Positions 56,011 to 64,000 of a stretch of DNA of 64,000 nucleotides are shown here, one piece after another. Each line of letters begins with the position of its first letter. Position 1 is the stretch's first letter. The DNA comes from Opitutia bacterium. GTDB lineage: Bacteria; Verrucomicrobiota; Verrucomicrobiia; Opitutales; T3Sed10-336. The stretch is taken from contig JBJHCF010000018.1 of NCBI GenBank assembly GCA_050506795.1, forward strand, positions 26,331-90,330, read 5' to 3'. The position numbers and the translations under genes are program-made. Under the pieces are notes generated by a model, which was given only the letters and a program-made list of their open reading frames with translations, made no database searches and was not told the origin of the DNA.

Positions 56011-56046
56011 CTAAGAGTCTGTCGGACTTCGCCGACAGACTCCTAA
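56011..56046. mobile_element. 28-bp IS remnant (two TIRs) with CTAA direct repeats
   Basis: CTAA-GAGTCTGTCGG-ACTTCG-CCGACAGACTC-CTAA. Confidence 0.6.
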
Positions 56047-56420
56047 AACTCATATCCCACCTTCACCCAATAATGCCAATCCTCGACTGCCTCGATCGTT
56101 TCATCATCAGTACTGTCGATCGGTAGAAGCTGAGACAGCGGGACGCCCAATCCATCCTTCTCCCACTGGATCATGAAGAATATTTCTCTTTCACATTCCT
56201 CTTCGGGCGCCATGCGCAAAACGTCAATCTGATCCCCTTTGCGCAACGGCGATGTCATGCGCCTTTCGGCGCAGATCTCGGTAACGGGAAATTGAATACG
56301 CTCTTCCAGGTAGTAATACCAACCCATCGCTTGCTCCTCCGCACCATACACATCGACAATCGCCTCGGCGGCGATCCGCTGTTCGCGCTGTTCGTCTCTT
56401 TGAATCTCTGATTTCTTCAT
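56043..56420 (-). CDS. CcbP-like calcium-binding family protein
   Basis: RE.RI..EAIVD.Y..EEQAMGWYYYLE..I.FP...VPLSQL...T.EAVEDWHYWV..GYEF. Confidence 0.8.
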   Translation of the reverse strand: MKKSEIQRDEQREQRIAAEAIVDVYGAEEQAMGWYYYLEERIQFPVTEICAERRMTSPLRKGDQIDVLRMAPEEECEREIFFMIQWEKDGLGVPLSQLLPIDSTDDETIEAVEDWHYWVKVGYEF

Positions 56421-56745
56421 GATCAGTAAAACCATTTCGACCCTGCCGCACGGAGCAATTCCGAACACATAGTTGGCAAATTTTCCGGAAATTTGCCAAT
56501 TCATAGGACAATCCTACTGCGCCATACCGGCTTCCGCTCCGATTATGAGATCAAATCCCACTTCACAAAATCCGCCGCAGGCCGTAACTATCGAAAACCG
56601 GATCCGGGGAGATAACCCTCCACCCTCGGCGACTCGCTTGACTGTGTACTCCAGCCCGTATGATGGATCGTAATATTTATACCGAAGAGCTGTTGTAACT
56701 TACAAACTGGTGGTTTTCAAACACCTTTTGGAATGGAGGGGCAGT

Positions 56746-57789
56746 CTACGGCAGCATCCCTTTTGCCTCGTCAGGCAGCTCGTAAGGACTCCCGGGAAAC
56801 TCCACACGAAATCTTTCTACCAATGGTTTTACGACGTCCTTATCCGATCCCGCCCCTATATGAGCTACGATCATTCGGTGAAGGACCAGTTCACGGAACA
56901 GACCGGGATAGTCATCCATGTCGATTCTTTCAAGAAACTCCAACGCTCGTTGCGCGCGTTCCTGTCGCCGCCATTGATCGCGCCGCATTGCTCCTTCAGC
57001 CATTTCGAACAAAAGATAAGCGGTATAGCGGCTTGTGGAGTATTCCTTAATGAAATCTGGGTTCTCTCTCGTTGCGACATCAAACATAAGCGCATATCTA
57101 TATTTCCTCTCGGAACCGCGAAGGGGCACCCTGAGTCGATCCAACGCGTCGATATCAACCGTTTTTTCCGGATCTACAACTTCGAACATTCCAAGATCAA
57201 ACGTTAACCTTCCTTCCCATGCCGGATGCCATCTCAAACCACCCTGAGGTTTGGTCTCAAGATACTTTCCTCCGCTTTCATAGAATACCTTTACTTGGTA
57301 CCTTCCGGAATCCACGATGGCATAGTGATACTTCAAGTCAAACAAGTGTATGTATTTCGAGTTCGACGGAATTGTAATAGCCCTTGCGCCGTCAGCATCT
57401 GCCATTTCATGAACAATACGTTCAATTATTCTTCCATCCTGCCCTCTTATATCAAATTCAATCTTCCCCCTACTGCCGAGACTCCATGGGATCGTAATCG
57501 GCTCGTCCTTACCGTTTATAAGTAAGGCTCTCGCAAATATAGGCTCTCCCACCAAGTATGGTCCTTCATCACGCTCCACCCTCAGGGTCACTTCATTTTT
57601 TCGTGTTTCATCATCGCTTATCGGCAATGTATTAATCCATGCGAAAAGTTCGTCGCTCTCAATGCCCACATTGCTTCTTCCGTCTTCCGCCTCCACCGCT
57701 TTCGCCACGTCAATTCTCCCCGAAAAGGGCATGACACTACCAACCAAAGTAGCTAATAATATGTATTTTATTGACACTCCAGCTCCCAA
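56746..57789 (-). CDS. Exported hypothetical protein (lower GC)
   Basis: 347-aa ORF with hydrophobic N-terminus; no family recognised. Confidence 0.65.
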   Translation of the reverse strand: MGAGVSIKYILLATLVGSVMPFSGRIDVAKAVEAEDGRSNVGIESDELFAWINTLPISDDETRKNEVTLRVERDEGPYLVGEPIFARALLINGKDEPITIPWSLGSRGKIEFDIRGQDGRIIERIVHEMADADGARAITIPSNSKYIHLFDLKYHYAIVDSGRYQVKVFYESGGKYLETKPQGGLRWHPAWEGRLTFDLGMFEVVDPEKTVDIDALDRLRVPLRGSERKYRYALMFDVATRENPDFIKEYSTSRYTAYLLFEMAEGAMRRDQWRRQERAQRALEFLERIDMDDYPGLFRELVLHRMIVAHIGAGSDKDVVKPLVERFRVEFPGSPYELPDEAKGMLP

Positions 57790-57881
57790 TTTGACGCTTT
57801 GTTTTCCCTCCGAGACATTGATGATAATTTTTGGCGGAACGCCCCTGGCGACATAAGTCCATTCGTCCAGGTCAGTCGTAA

Positions 57882-58811
57882 TTACCCGGATCTTTCCTCC
57901 TGATACTTGAAAAGCCGGGAGCGAATCCCGTGAAGTCCGCTCTCGATAAACTCCGGTTGCCCACTCACTTGACCGTAAATGACTTCGTGAAAGGGCATAA
58001 GCAAATAATTAAACCGCGCCCGCTTGTGGAATCCCGCATCGCGCTCGATGCAGGCAGCGTCGAGCATGCGACGGCCGATTTCCGGATACTCTCCGAGCAT
58101 CCAGGCAAAATCAACTGCGGGATCTCCCGCGGCGAGTTCCTCCCAGTCGATCACGCCGGCGAGCTTGCCTGACTCATTGACGAGAATATGCGCGGGTCCG
58201 AGGTCGTTGTGAGCTAGGACCGGCTCGAACTCCCACAGCGTTTCCTCCCGGATGTGTTCGCTGAAAAGCTGCTGGAGTTGCTCTCGCTCTTCGCGTCCGA
58301 GAAGCGGCAGCACCTGTTTGCTGAAAACGTCCAGTTGTCTGCTCCGCTGCTGCCGGAGCTCATCGGCGGACCGGTCCTGCAGCCCGAGTAAGGACGGCGA
58401 TATCGCCTGGAGCTCCCGCAACAGGATTCCCAATTGCTCCGGCCATCCCGCTTCAGGCTGTTCGGTAAACGCCGCCCCGTCGATTTTCCAATAAAGCGTC
58501 GCAGCCGCATCAGGATCTGAAGCCGGAACAGGGGACGGTATGGGCGCTGGCAATCGCCGCGCGAGTACAGGAAGCACCCGTCGCTGCTTCAACATCGCCT
58601 CTTCGGCATACGCCGTTCGCGGAAACTGAACGATCCACCGTCCGTCCACCTCATAGGTGTCGCACGTCCATCCATCGCCAATCGGCGTCAACTCCTGAGC
58701 CCCGACATTGGGCCACAAACGCCGAACTTCCGCCATCGGCTCCTCCCGGCCGACCGTCCGGCCAAGTGGTTCACCGGCACCGTCATAAGGGGCCCAAAAT
58801 TCTTCGATCAT
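57882..58811 (-). CDS. Aminoglycoside phosphotransferase-like kinase
   Basis: G.GW, FPR, HNDLGPAHILV, GVIDWEE...GDPAVDF. Start may be 58736. Confidence 0.85.
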   Translation of the reverse strand: MIEEFWAPYDGAGEPLGRTVGREEPMAEVRRLWPNVGAQELTPIGDGWTCDTYEVDGRWIVQFPRTAYAEEAMLKQRRVLPVLARRLPAPIPSPVPASDPDAAATLYWKIDGAAFTEQPEAGWPEQLGILLRELQAISPSLLGLQDRSADELRQQRSRQLDVFSKQVLPLLGREEREQLQQLFSEHIREETLWEFEPVLAHNDLGPAHILVNESGKLAGVIDWEELAAGDPAVDFAWMLGEYPEIGRRMLDAACIERDAGFHKRARFNYLLMPFHEVIYGQVSGQPEFIESGLHGIRSRLFKYQEERSG

Positions 58812-58941
58812 AACCGCTCAAAACTATTATCCACCACACCCGGCAGCAAACTGTAAATCGAACGGCCAAGGCGCTCCTCGAACAAGTCTTTGATCCGAAA
58901 GGTCGCGCGCCACTTTTCAGCTGTATCGATACCGGGAAGAT

Positions 58942-59151
58942 TCATTTGGAACCACGAACCTTCCAAATTAGAGCATTCCCCTTCTTCTCCTTTCGAAGAA
59001 GCCCGATTTCTCTTTCAAGCCTGCCAACCCATTCCGGACACGGTCGGGTGTAAGGCAGTTCGCGGGATTGCTTCAGTTCCTTCCAGGTCATCCCGGACGG
59101 ACACCGTTGAAGTGCATTCCGAATCGAATCTCTAAATTCCGTATATCTCAT
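58942..59151 (-). CDS. Small hypothetical protein
   Basis: MRYTEFRDSI...G.TWKELK....LPY.RPCPEWV..LE.EIGL; compact and co-oriented with neighbours. Confidence 0.65.
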   Translation of the reverse strand: MRYTEFRDSIRNALQRCPSGMTWKELKQSRELPYTRPCPEWVGRLEREIGLLRKEKKGNALIWKVRGSK

Positions 59152-59226
59152 GGCAAAAAACATTGGTAGCGGTCAATTCGCAACAGATTACGGCCCACTT
59201 TTCATAAAGGATAATCCCCCCCTCCC

Positions 59227-59418
59227 TTAAACTCCAGGCGAGGTCCGCGCCGCATATCCTTCTCCGGCCAGTGAGCGGCGATCGGTGTCATCCAGAACAG
59301 CAAGACTGATGTGCGGCGCACCGCCGATTTTCGACAAAGTCGATCCACATCCGTTCATCAGACTACGGATCGCGTCCGCGCCCGGCTCATCGAGATGCAA
59401 CTCTACAGCAAGTCCCAT
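59227..59418 (-). pseudogene. Truncated 2H phosphoesterase / 2'-5' RNA ligase family gene
   Basis: AVELHLD...PHISLA (first HxS/T motif) present; second motif absent and ORF ends at 63 aa. Confidence 0.55.
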
Positions 59419-59435
59419 AATTCAAAAAGCACCGC

Positions 59436-59861
59436 TCAATCGCGCCCAATTCCACGACTCGCCAGATAGGCCGCTGGAGAAACTATCCGCATGCCGCGAC
59501 TCCGTGGAAAGTCATCGACGTTGCGGGTAATCAAATGGGTCGCCTTCCACGCCCGCGCAGCCGCCCATTGAAGACCATCCTCAAAATCGGGAAGTCGGCG
59601 ACGAATCGCATTGTCGACGATCACGCCGTTTAGCAAAGCGACATCGAGATAGGAGCGCATTGCCGAGAAAGCTGAAAGAACCTCATCATAATCCTGTTTC
59701 CTGCAAACGTAGGAGGCATCGGAAAGAGTGAGGGCAGTGACCGCGCCAACGGCCCTCTTCGCTCGAGCCAGTGCTATACAGCACAGGGAATCAGTCAAAT
59801 GGGGCGCACGACGAGCCAGCACGTCAAGGACAACGTTCGTGTCGAACAGCAGCCTATCCAT
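59436..59861 (-). CDS. PIN domain toxin
   Basis: LFDTNVVLDVL..R, DFEDGLQ..AA, LITRNVDDF. Confidence 0.9.
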   Translation of the reverse strand: MDRLLFDTNVVLDVLARRAPHLTDSLCCIALARAKRAVGAVTALTLSDASYVCRKQDYDEVLSAFSAMRSYLDVALLNGVIVDNAIRRRLPDFEDGLQWAAARAWKATHLITRNVDDFPRSRGMRIVSPAAYLASRGIGRD

Positions 59862-60096
59862 GCTTCTTCAGTATATGTGCCGACCGTTCATCGAAGGGCT
59901 CCATTTTTTGAGCAACGCCCACAACCTTCCGCATGTCTGGAAAACGCTTCAACAGGTCTTCCACTTCCTCGTCCGATGAGGCCAACTCCCCAACAGACTT
60001 GGCGAACAGCGCCGAAACGCTCGTTCCGTGCTTTCGGGCGTAACGTTTCGCCTTCGCAATAGTTTCCTCGGGCAAGGATAGAGTCAACTTCGTCAT
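59854..60096 (-). CDS. Ribbon-helix-helix antitoxin (DUF6364-like)
   Basis: MTKLTLSLPEETIAKAKRYARKHGTSVSAL...ILKKHG; overlaps the PIN gene. Confidence 0.85.
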   Translation of the reverse strand: MTKLTLSLPEETIAKAKRYARKHGTSVSALFAKSVGELASSDEEVEDLLKRFPDMRKVVGVAQKMEPFDERSAHILKKHG

Positions 60097-60148
60097 ACGT
60101 GTAATCCTAGCACAGGTATACGTATCGTCAAGGTCCCATTTTAGCCCG

Positions 60149-60601
60149 TTAAAGAACCTTTTCCAGAATCGGAAGGAATCGTTCTTCACCATCCATCGAT
60201 GCCGGGTTCCGTCCACATACCTTCGCTCCCATTCGGCGGTAGAAACCCTCGGCGTTTGCTTCACTTTCGATTTTCAAACGCGTAGCGCCATTTTCGCGAG
60301 CGACCCTTTCGACAACCTCGAACAGGATCCGGCCCACTCCACGCCCCATCCAGGGTGAGCGGACCCACAGATGTTCCAGAACCGCCTCATGGCCCTTAAA
60401 GCAAAGTCCGCAAAACCCGACGGTCTCGCGATCGATAACAGCGATAAAAGTGGGATTCGTCCTGATAAAATCCGGCGCGATGGTCAGAAGGTTCGTCCAT
60501 CGCTGAATCCACTTTTCCGGATACCCCCAGTGCCGCTTCGCCTCAAAGGCTATCCCGGTGAGTTCGGCGGCATCCTCAGGGCTGGCTCTTTCTATCCTCA
60601 T
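60149..60601 (-). CDS. GNAT family N-acetyltransferase
   Basis: IA..AKRHWGYP..WI..W, LEHLWV....GRGVGR.L, NAEGFYRRMGA. Confidence 0.9.
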   Translation of the reverse strand: MRIERASPEDAAELTGIAFEAKRHWGYPEKWIQRWTNLLTIAPDFIRTNPTFIAVIDRETVGFCGLCFKGHEAVLEHLWVRSPWMGRGVGRILFEVVERVARENGATRLKIESEANAEGFYRRMGAKVCGRNPASMDGEERFLPILEKVL

Positions 60602-60719
60602 TTCCCAAATGGTAGAATTTTCATAAGAACAATCCCGAATAACGTAGCGGCGTGCTTCAGCCGCCATTCCTCAACCATACTAAATAGCTTAATGACAAAG
60701 AAGTCTCCAAAGAAACACT

Positions 60720-61127
60720 TCACCACGCTCGAAGCACCGGGTATTCGTCAAAAACAGGATCTTTGGATATAACTCCGATCCGTCGGTCAAGCGCCTGGGC
60801 GATCAGCATACGATCGAAGGGATCGCGATGGTGTAGGGGCAAATCCTCCATTCTCCTGCAATCGGGGGCCTCGAGATCGATCCGTATGACTTCGGCTTTC
60901 TTCAATTCACGAGGCAGAAGCAAATCCCAATCATCTTCGATAAAAAAATCGAATCCCTGGCCGGAGCGCTTTAGACCGATCTCCCAAAAACTGACCGTTG
61001 AATAAAAGACTGGCAACTCATCGTCGATCCGATTTCTGGCGGATTTGCTCAGACGCTTGTCGCCGTACAACATCCAAAGTACGGCGTGGGTGTCCAACAG
61101 CCACCCATTCACGGCTGTCGGCTTCAT
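60720..61127 (-). CDS. vapC: VapC/PIN domain toxin
   Basis: LLDTHAVLW, S.VSFWEI.LK, LPLHHRDPFDRMLIAQA, SKD..F. Confidence 0.92.
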   Translation of the reverse strand: MKPTAVNGWLLDTHAVLWMLYGDKRLSKSARNRIDDELPVFYSTVSFWEIGLKRSGQGFDFFIEDDWDLLLPRELKKAEVIRIDLEAPDCRRMEDLPLHHRDPFDRMLIAQALDRRIGVISKDPVFDEYPVLRAW

Positions 61128-61366
61128 TGCTTTGGGACGCCGAAATCGTCGGCGATCGCTGAATTTCGAGCCGGACTATCAAACCCTTTTCCCATTCGGA
61201 ACGGCCGCCCGGTCAGTCCGCCGATCCGCGAACGTTTGGGCCGCTTCGCCGGTACGATCCGCGCAACCGGCTTGTTGTGACGCGACAGGACAACCTCCTC
61301 GCCGGACTCAACGGCGGCAATCAAACGGGATAGCCTCGCTTTGGCTTCGTGGATTTTTACCTGCAT
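61124..61366 (-). CDS. Phd/YefM family antitoxin
   Basis: IHEAKARLSRLI..VESGEEVVLSRHNKPVARIVP; ATGA overlap with vapC. Confidence 0.9.
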   Translation of the reverse strand: MQVKIHEAKARLSRLIAAVESGEEVVLSRHNKPVARIVPAKRPKRSRIGGLTGRPFRMGKGFDSPARNSAIADDFGVPKQ

Positions 61367-61376
61367 GGAATAAAAA

Positions 61377-61391
61377 TGGTCATATTGACCA
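61377..61391. promoter_or_regulatory. Putative TA operator
   Basis: TGGTCA-TAT-TGACCA palindrome 10 nt upstream of the antitoxin ATG. Confidence 0.6.
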
Positions 61392-61554
61392 GAAATGTCA
61401 AATCTTGCCAATAATTCTGCTTTGTTATGTTGTTATGAATTCTTTAGTACATCGGACGAAGCGCGGCAGCGCGTAGATGGTGAGCGAACGCGAGTCCCAA
61501 AGGGACGGTTTCCGGCGGGTGCCCTCTGGGCGACGGGAACCGCAAATGCGGATA

Positions 61555-61862
61555 TTGGGCTCACACGAAGCCACAAAGCCACGGAGAATTCAACCGGACG
61601 CATCTCCGTGAGCTCTCACCGGTCTGAGCTCGTCGAGGGCGTGGGTCCGTGTGACAACCATCACCGTTCAGCAAAGCATTGGTCCGGAGCCTGGTTTTAG
61701 TCCCTTAGTTCTGAAATCTTGCGCAAATCGCGCAAGACCTTCTGGAGGGCAATGCTCCCGCATGGCCGGGGGCGACCAAAAAGCGGACGTGGTGATCACT
61801 CCCCTTCGCAACGGCCACCACGTCGGGCACACCTTGCGGCGGCGCGGGAGCGCCGCCCTCCA
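61555..61862. repeat. Degenerate type B plus type A MITE cargo without recognisable TIRs
   Basis: Homologous to 32355-32475 and to the reverse complement of parts of 32160-32280. Confidence 0.7.
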
Positions 61863-61949
61863 CTCCTGATTGGTACCGGCTACGCCGGGTTGGGTGAATC
61901 TGACAAGGTAGGAATAAGGGTCGAGAGAGCCCAATCCGGCCACTCAGAC

Positions 61950-62064
61950 CTGCTTCATAGATCCCTGGCGTTCCACTCCCGATGGAGACAGACCACAAAC
62001 GCGCCCCATTCGAAGCCACAAAACATTCCCGCTCGCTCCGCTCGATTCCGTTATCTCTTGCCAT
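61950..62064 (-). pseudogene. Possible N-terminal fragment of an alpha/beta hydrolase
   Basis: FVASNGARLWSVSIGSGTP resembles a hydrolase N-terminus; the rest of the ORF runs into repeat sequence. Confidence 0.35.
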
Positions 62065-62082
62065 ATTTACTGATAATGGGAT

Positions 62083-62166
62083 TTATCCCCGCGCAACCTC
62101 TTCGTCGCTGTTCGCCTCCCGAACATAAAGCTTCATCAGAACGGCCGTGTCGAAATAACGCCTCAC
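62083..62166 (-). pseudogene. Truncated VapC/PIN toxin
   Basis: GTGA overlap with the antitoxin; MRRYFDTAVLMKLYVREANSDEEVARG* is the first PIN motif only. Confidence 0.7.
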
Positions 62167-62411
62167 CGATCGCCACGGATGTAATCAACCGTTTCTTCGC
62201 TCCGGCCATTCAAGGAGCCCTTCGGAAATGCCTTCTCCAGCCGCTTCTTCAGATCCGGCCAATTTCGCGGAGTGTCCGCCTGCCTTTCAGGCGGAGAAAG
62301 TATCGCGAATATACGGCCGCGCCGGGTAATCTGGGCCGACTCGCCTTCGTCAATCCACCGCGCCACGCGGGGAAATTCATTCCGCAGATCGGCCGCCTTC
62401 GCTTTCTTCAT
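62163..62411 (-). CDS. Phd/YefM family antitoxin (toxin partner truncated)
   Basis: ADLRNEFPRVARWIDEGE...ITRRGRIFAILSPP; GGAGG SD. Confidence 0.85.
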   Translation of the reverse strand: MKKAKAADLRNEFPRVARWIDEGESAQITRRGRIFAILSPPERQADTPRNWPDLKKRLEKAFPKGSLNGRSEETVDYIRGDR

Positions 62412-62442
62412 GATAGAAAATGTACCTCCAAATGGATTTGGA

Positions 62443-62580
62443 TCAAGGTCTGGTTATAGCCAAGGTCTCGATTATCTCCGGGACCTCGGCCAGAGAGGAG
62501 ATCCTGATTTTCGCCGTCTCCGAGATGACAATCGCATCGAATCGCTTTTCCAGGTTGAGCGCTTTTATCTTCGTCCGTCG
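62443..62580 (-). pseudogene. Possible internal fragment of a HAD hydrolase
   Basis: KIKALNLEKRFDAIVISE...ISSLAEV resembles HAD segments joined by a deletion; no start. Confidence 0.35.
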
Positions 62581-62588
62581 CGCCGCTG

Positions 62589-63500
62589 TTATTGTTGGCC
62601 TGTGGACGAAGGGAACTCCGGATAATCCTTCCGCTTCGCCCGGTCTTCCGAGAAGGTGCCGTGCCGATAATGAAACTCCCGGTAATAGTCGCCCGTCCGG
62701 GTTCCCCCGTCCCCGCGCTCGTCGATCCATTCCGCGCTTACGACCACGTCGACGTAGCCATTTCCGGTCACGTCGCGGTATTCGATTCGGGCGAGGGACG
62801 GAGAAAAACGCAGACCGCCCAGATTGGTCCTGACGCGAGTATTCAAGTGCTTTCTAACAAAGCCATCCTTCACCTCGTAAAGATACAGCATCCCATTCCC
62901 CTGGTGCGTGCGATCTATAACCTCCAGCCATGGGCGACCGTTCAGGTGCAGTACCCGAACGCGTTCGATGCTTTGCGCCGTAGGCGGCTGGAGTATATCG
63001 TACCAGTAGATCGGCTCACCATCCGCGGAGATCTCAACAACGTTGAAGCTTCCCCACCAGCGCAACTCCCAGTCGAACCAGAGAACTTTGGTCGTGGGAG
63101 AAAACTCGACGACCTTCAGGCGTTCGATCGGTGCATTGTATTTCTTTTCCAGGATGAACCGATAGATTCCTCCCTCCAGTTCGGCCGAATCAGACGGTTC
63201 GTGAATGAACTCTCCAAACAATTCCTCCATTCGCTCCCGGCCCTCCTCCGTTCCGCCGTCACCTCCGCGGATTACCTCCGAGGACACCCGCGCAATTCCC
63301 TGCTCATCCCAATAATCGAGCTCCTCAGCAAACGACGCATTGCTTGCCCAGCAGAGAAGACCCAGCCAAAACGCCTTTCGAAAACCATTCTTCAAACTGA
63401 TCCCAGAAGCAAACCGAGCCCGTTCTTCGTCAATCGTCAGCTGAACGTAAACGAGCGACAGAAATTGTGGAGACAGCAGCCTGACGCATCTTGTTTTCAT
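62589..63500 (-). CDS. Exported hypothetical protein
   Basis: 303-aa ORF with GGAG SD, signal-like segment (ASFA-E) and one DVTGNGYVDV repeat-like loop; true start may be downstream. Confidence 0.65.
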   Translation of the reverse strand: MKTRCVRLLSPQFLSLVYVQLTIDEERARFASGISLKNGFRKAFWLGLLCWASNASFAEELDYWDEQGIARVSSEVIRGGDGGTEEGRERMEELFGEFIHEPSDSAELEGGIYRFILEKKYNAPIERLKVVEFSPTTKVLWFDWELRWWGSFNVVEISADGEPIYWYDILQPPTAQSIERVRVLHLNGRPWLEVIDRTHQGNGMLYLYEVKDGFVRKHLNTRVRTNLGGLRFSPSLARIEYRDVTGNGYVDVVVSAEWIDERGDGGTRTGDYYREFHYRHGTFSEDRAKRKDYPEFPSSTGQQ

Positions 63501-63561
63501 TTTACACTCCTGACGGTAACATCCTTCAGTCCCAGATCCTGCCAGGTAAATCTTCCTCCCA

Positions 63562-64000
63562 TTAGTCGCTCAGCTCGCGGTCAAACTTCTCCGGGTCGTC
63601 CAAAGCCGGCTCGGCTTTCGAAAAATGTTCGCGAAGAAGCCCCCGCCATCGGGCCAGGGCCTCGGTGTTGTCTCCTCGTCGCCCATCGAACATCTCGTCC
63701 GGCGAGACCAACGGCCGACGTAACTCCGCATTTGTCATCTCCAACATGACCCGGAGGACAGGCCAGTCAGTCAGGAAAAAGCGCTCGTCGGCAGCGAGTA
63801 CGGCGAGTAGATCCGATTTCTCCGCACGATCGGACTGGTCGACCAGTCGGAGGAAGCCCGCCGGACCGTGGTTTGGTTCGTTTCGGCCTTCCCGCAGCAC
63901 CAACTCCTGCGCGGCGTAGAACCAATCGACCAACAGGTTCTGTTCGCCCATACCGTTCATCGACCACACCACTCCCATCAATACAGCCTGGTCTCTGTCT
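63562..64000 (-). CDS. Hypothetical protein (5' end outside window)
   Basis: Frame of the 63562-63981 ORF stays open to the window edge; co-oriented with neighbours. Confidence 0.6.
   Translation of the reverse strand, partial: DRDQAVLMGVVWSMNGMGEQNLLVDWFYAAQELVLREGRNEPNHGPAGFLRLVDQSDRAEKSDLLAVLAADERFFLTDWPVLRVMLEMTNAELRRPLVSPDEMFDGRRGDNTEALARWRGLLREHFSKAEPALDDPEKFDRELSD

Noticed and set aside
57882..58811. Calling the APH-like kinase and the GNATs antibiotic resistance genes
   Set aside because: Family motifs alone do not establish substrate.
1436..61862. Recurring palindromic repeats as a CRISPR array
   Set aside because: Copies are dispersed and degenerate, have no regular unique spacers, and no cas genes are present; TIRs and target duplications fit MITEs.

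Overview
Bacterial DNA, GC-rich by eye. The gene content (prepilin/H-X9-DG proteins, BlaI/M56 pairs with carboxypeptidase-regulatory-like repeats, an Rpn-DUF4351 relic, a Tat-exported Gfo/Idh/MocA protein) suggests a PVC-superphylum organism, probably Verrucomicrobiota/Opitutales; this is inference. Layout: (1) 1-10.8 kb housekeeping genes: PEP-hydrolase-like TIM barrel, cupin, glycerate kinase, CNNM/CBS transporter, cytochrome oxidase assembly genes (His-rich protein, SCO, ctaA, ctaB/cyoE, DUF420), a type III PKS and a HAD phosphatase. (2) 11.3-31.6 kb accessory island bracketed by YefM-YoeB plus a dead Rpn gene on one side and VapBC on the other. It holds about 17 kb of minus-strand genes: two paralogous exported proteins, two prepilin-like H-X9-DG proteins, a stand-alone AraC HTH, MauE, a membrane-anchored exported protein, a 10-Cys secreted peptide, three paralogous GT-C-like membrane proteins, a GtrA flippase and two UGM-like flavoproteins. 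This is the best candidate for an undescribed system, possibly disulfide maturation plus extracytoplasmic glycosylation of a secreted peptide or surface structure. (3) 32.5-40.9 kb two BlaI/BlaR1-like pairs with different operators. (4) 41-51.6 kb oxidoreductase, ArsC/Spx, an FG-GAP/S1C protease/exported-protein operon and pntA1-pntA2-pntB. (5) 51.6-64 kb small accessory genes (GNATs, ABC-F, APH-like, four TA modules) and gene fragments, including a 3.15-kb segment bounded by a perfect 126-bp inverted repeat. Throughout the window is a non-autonomous element family with IS4-like ends (GAATGGCAC[TC]GGTTAAG), 10-bp target duplications and mosaic REP-like hairpin cargo. No rRNA, tRNA or CRISPR array was seen. 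All family assignments come from motif recognition, not database searches.
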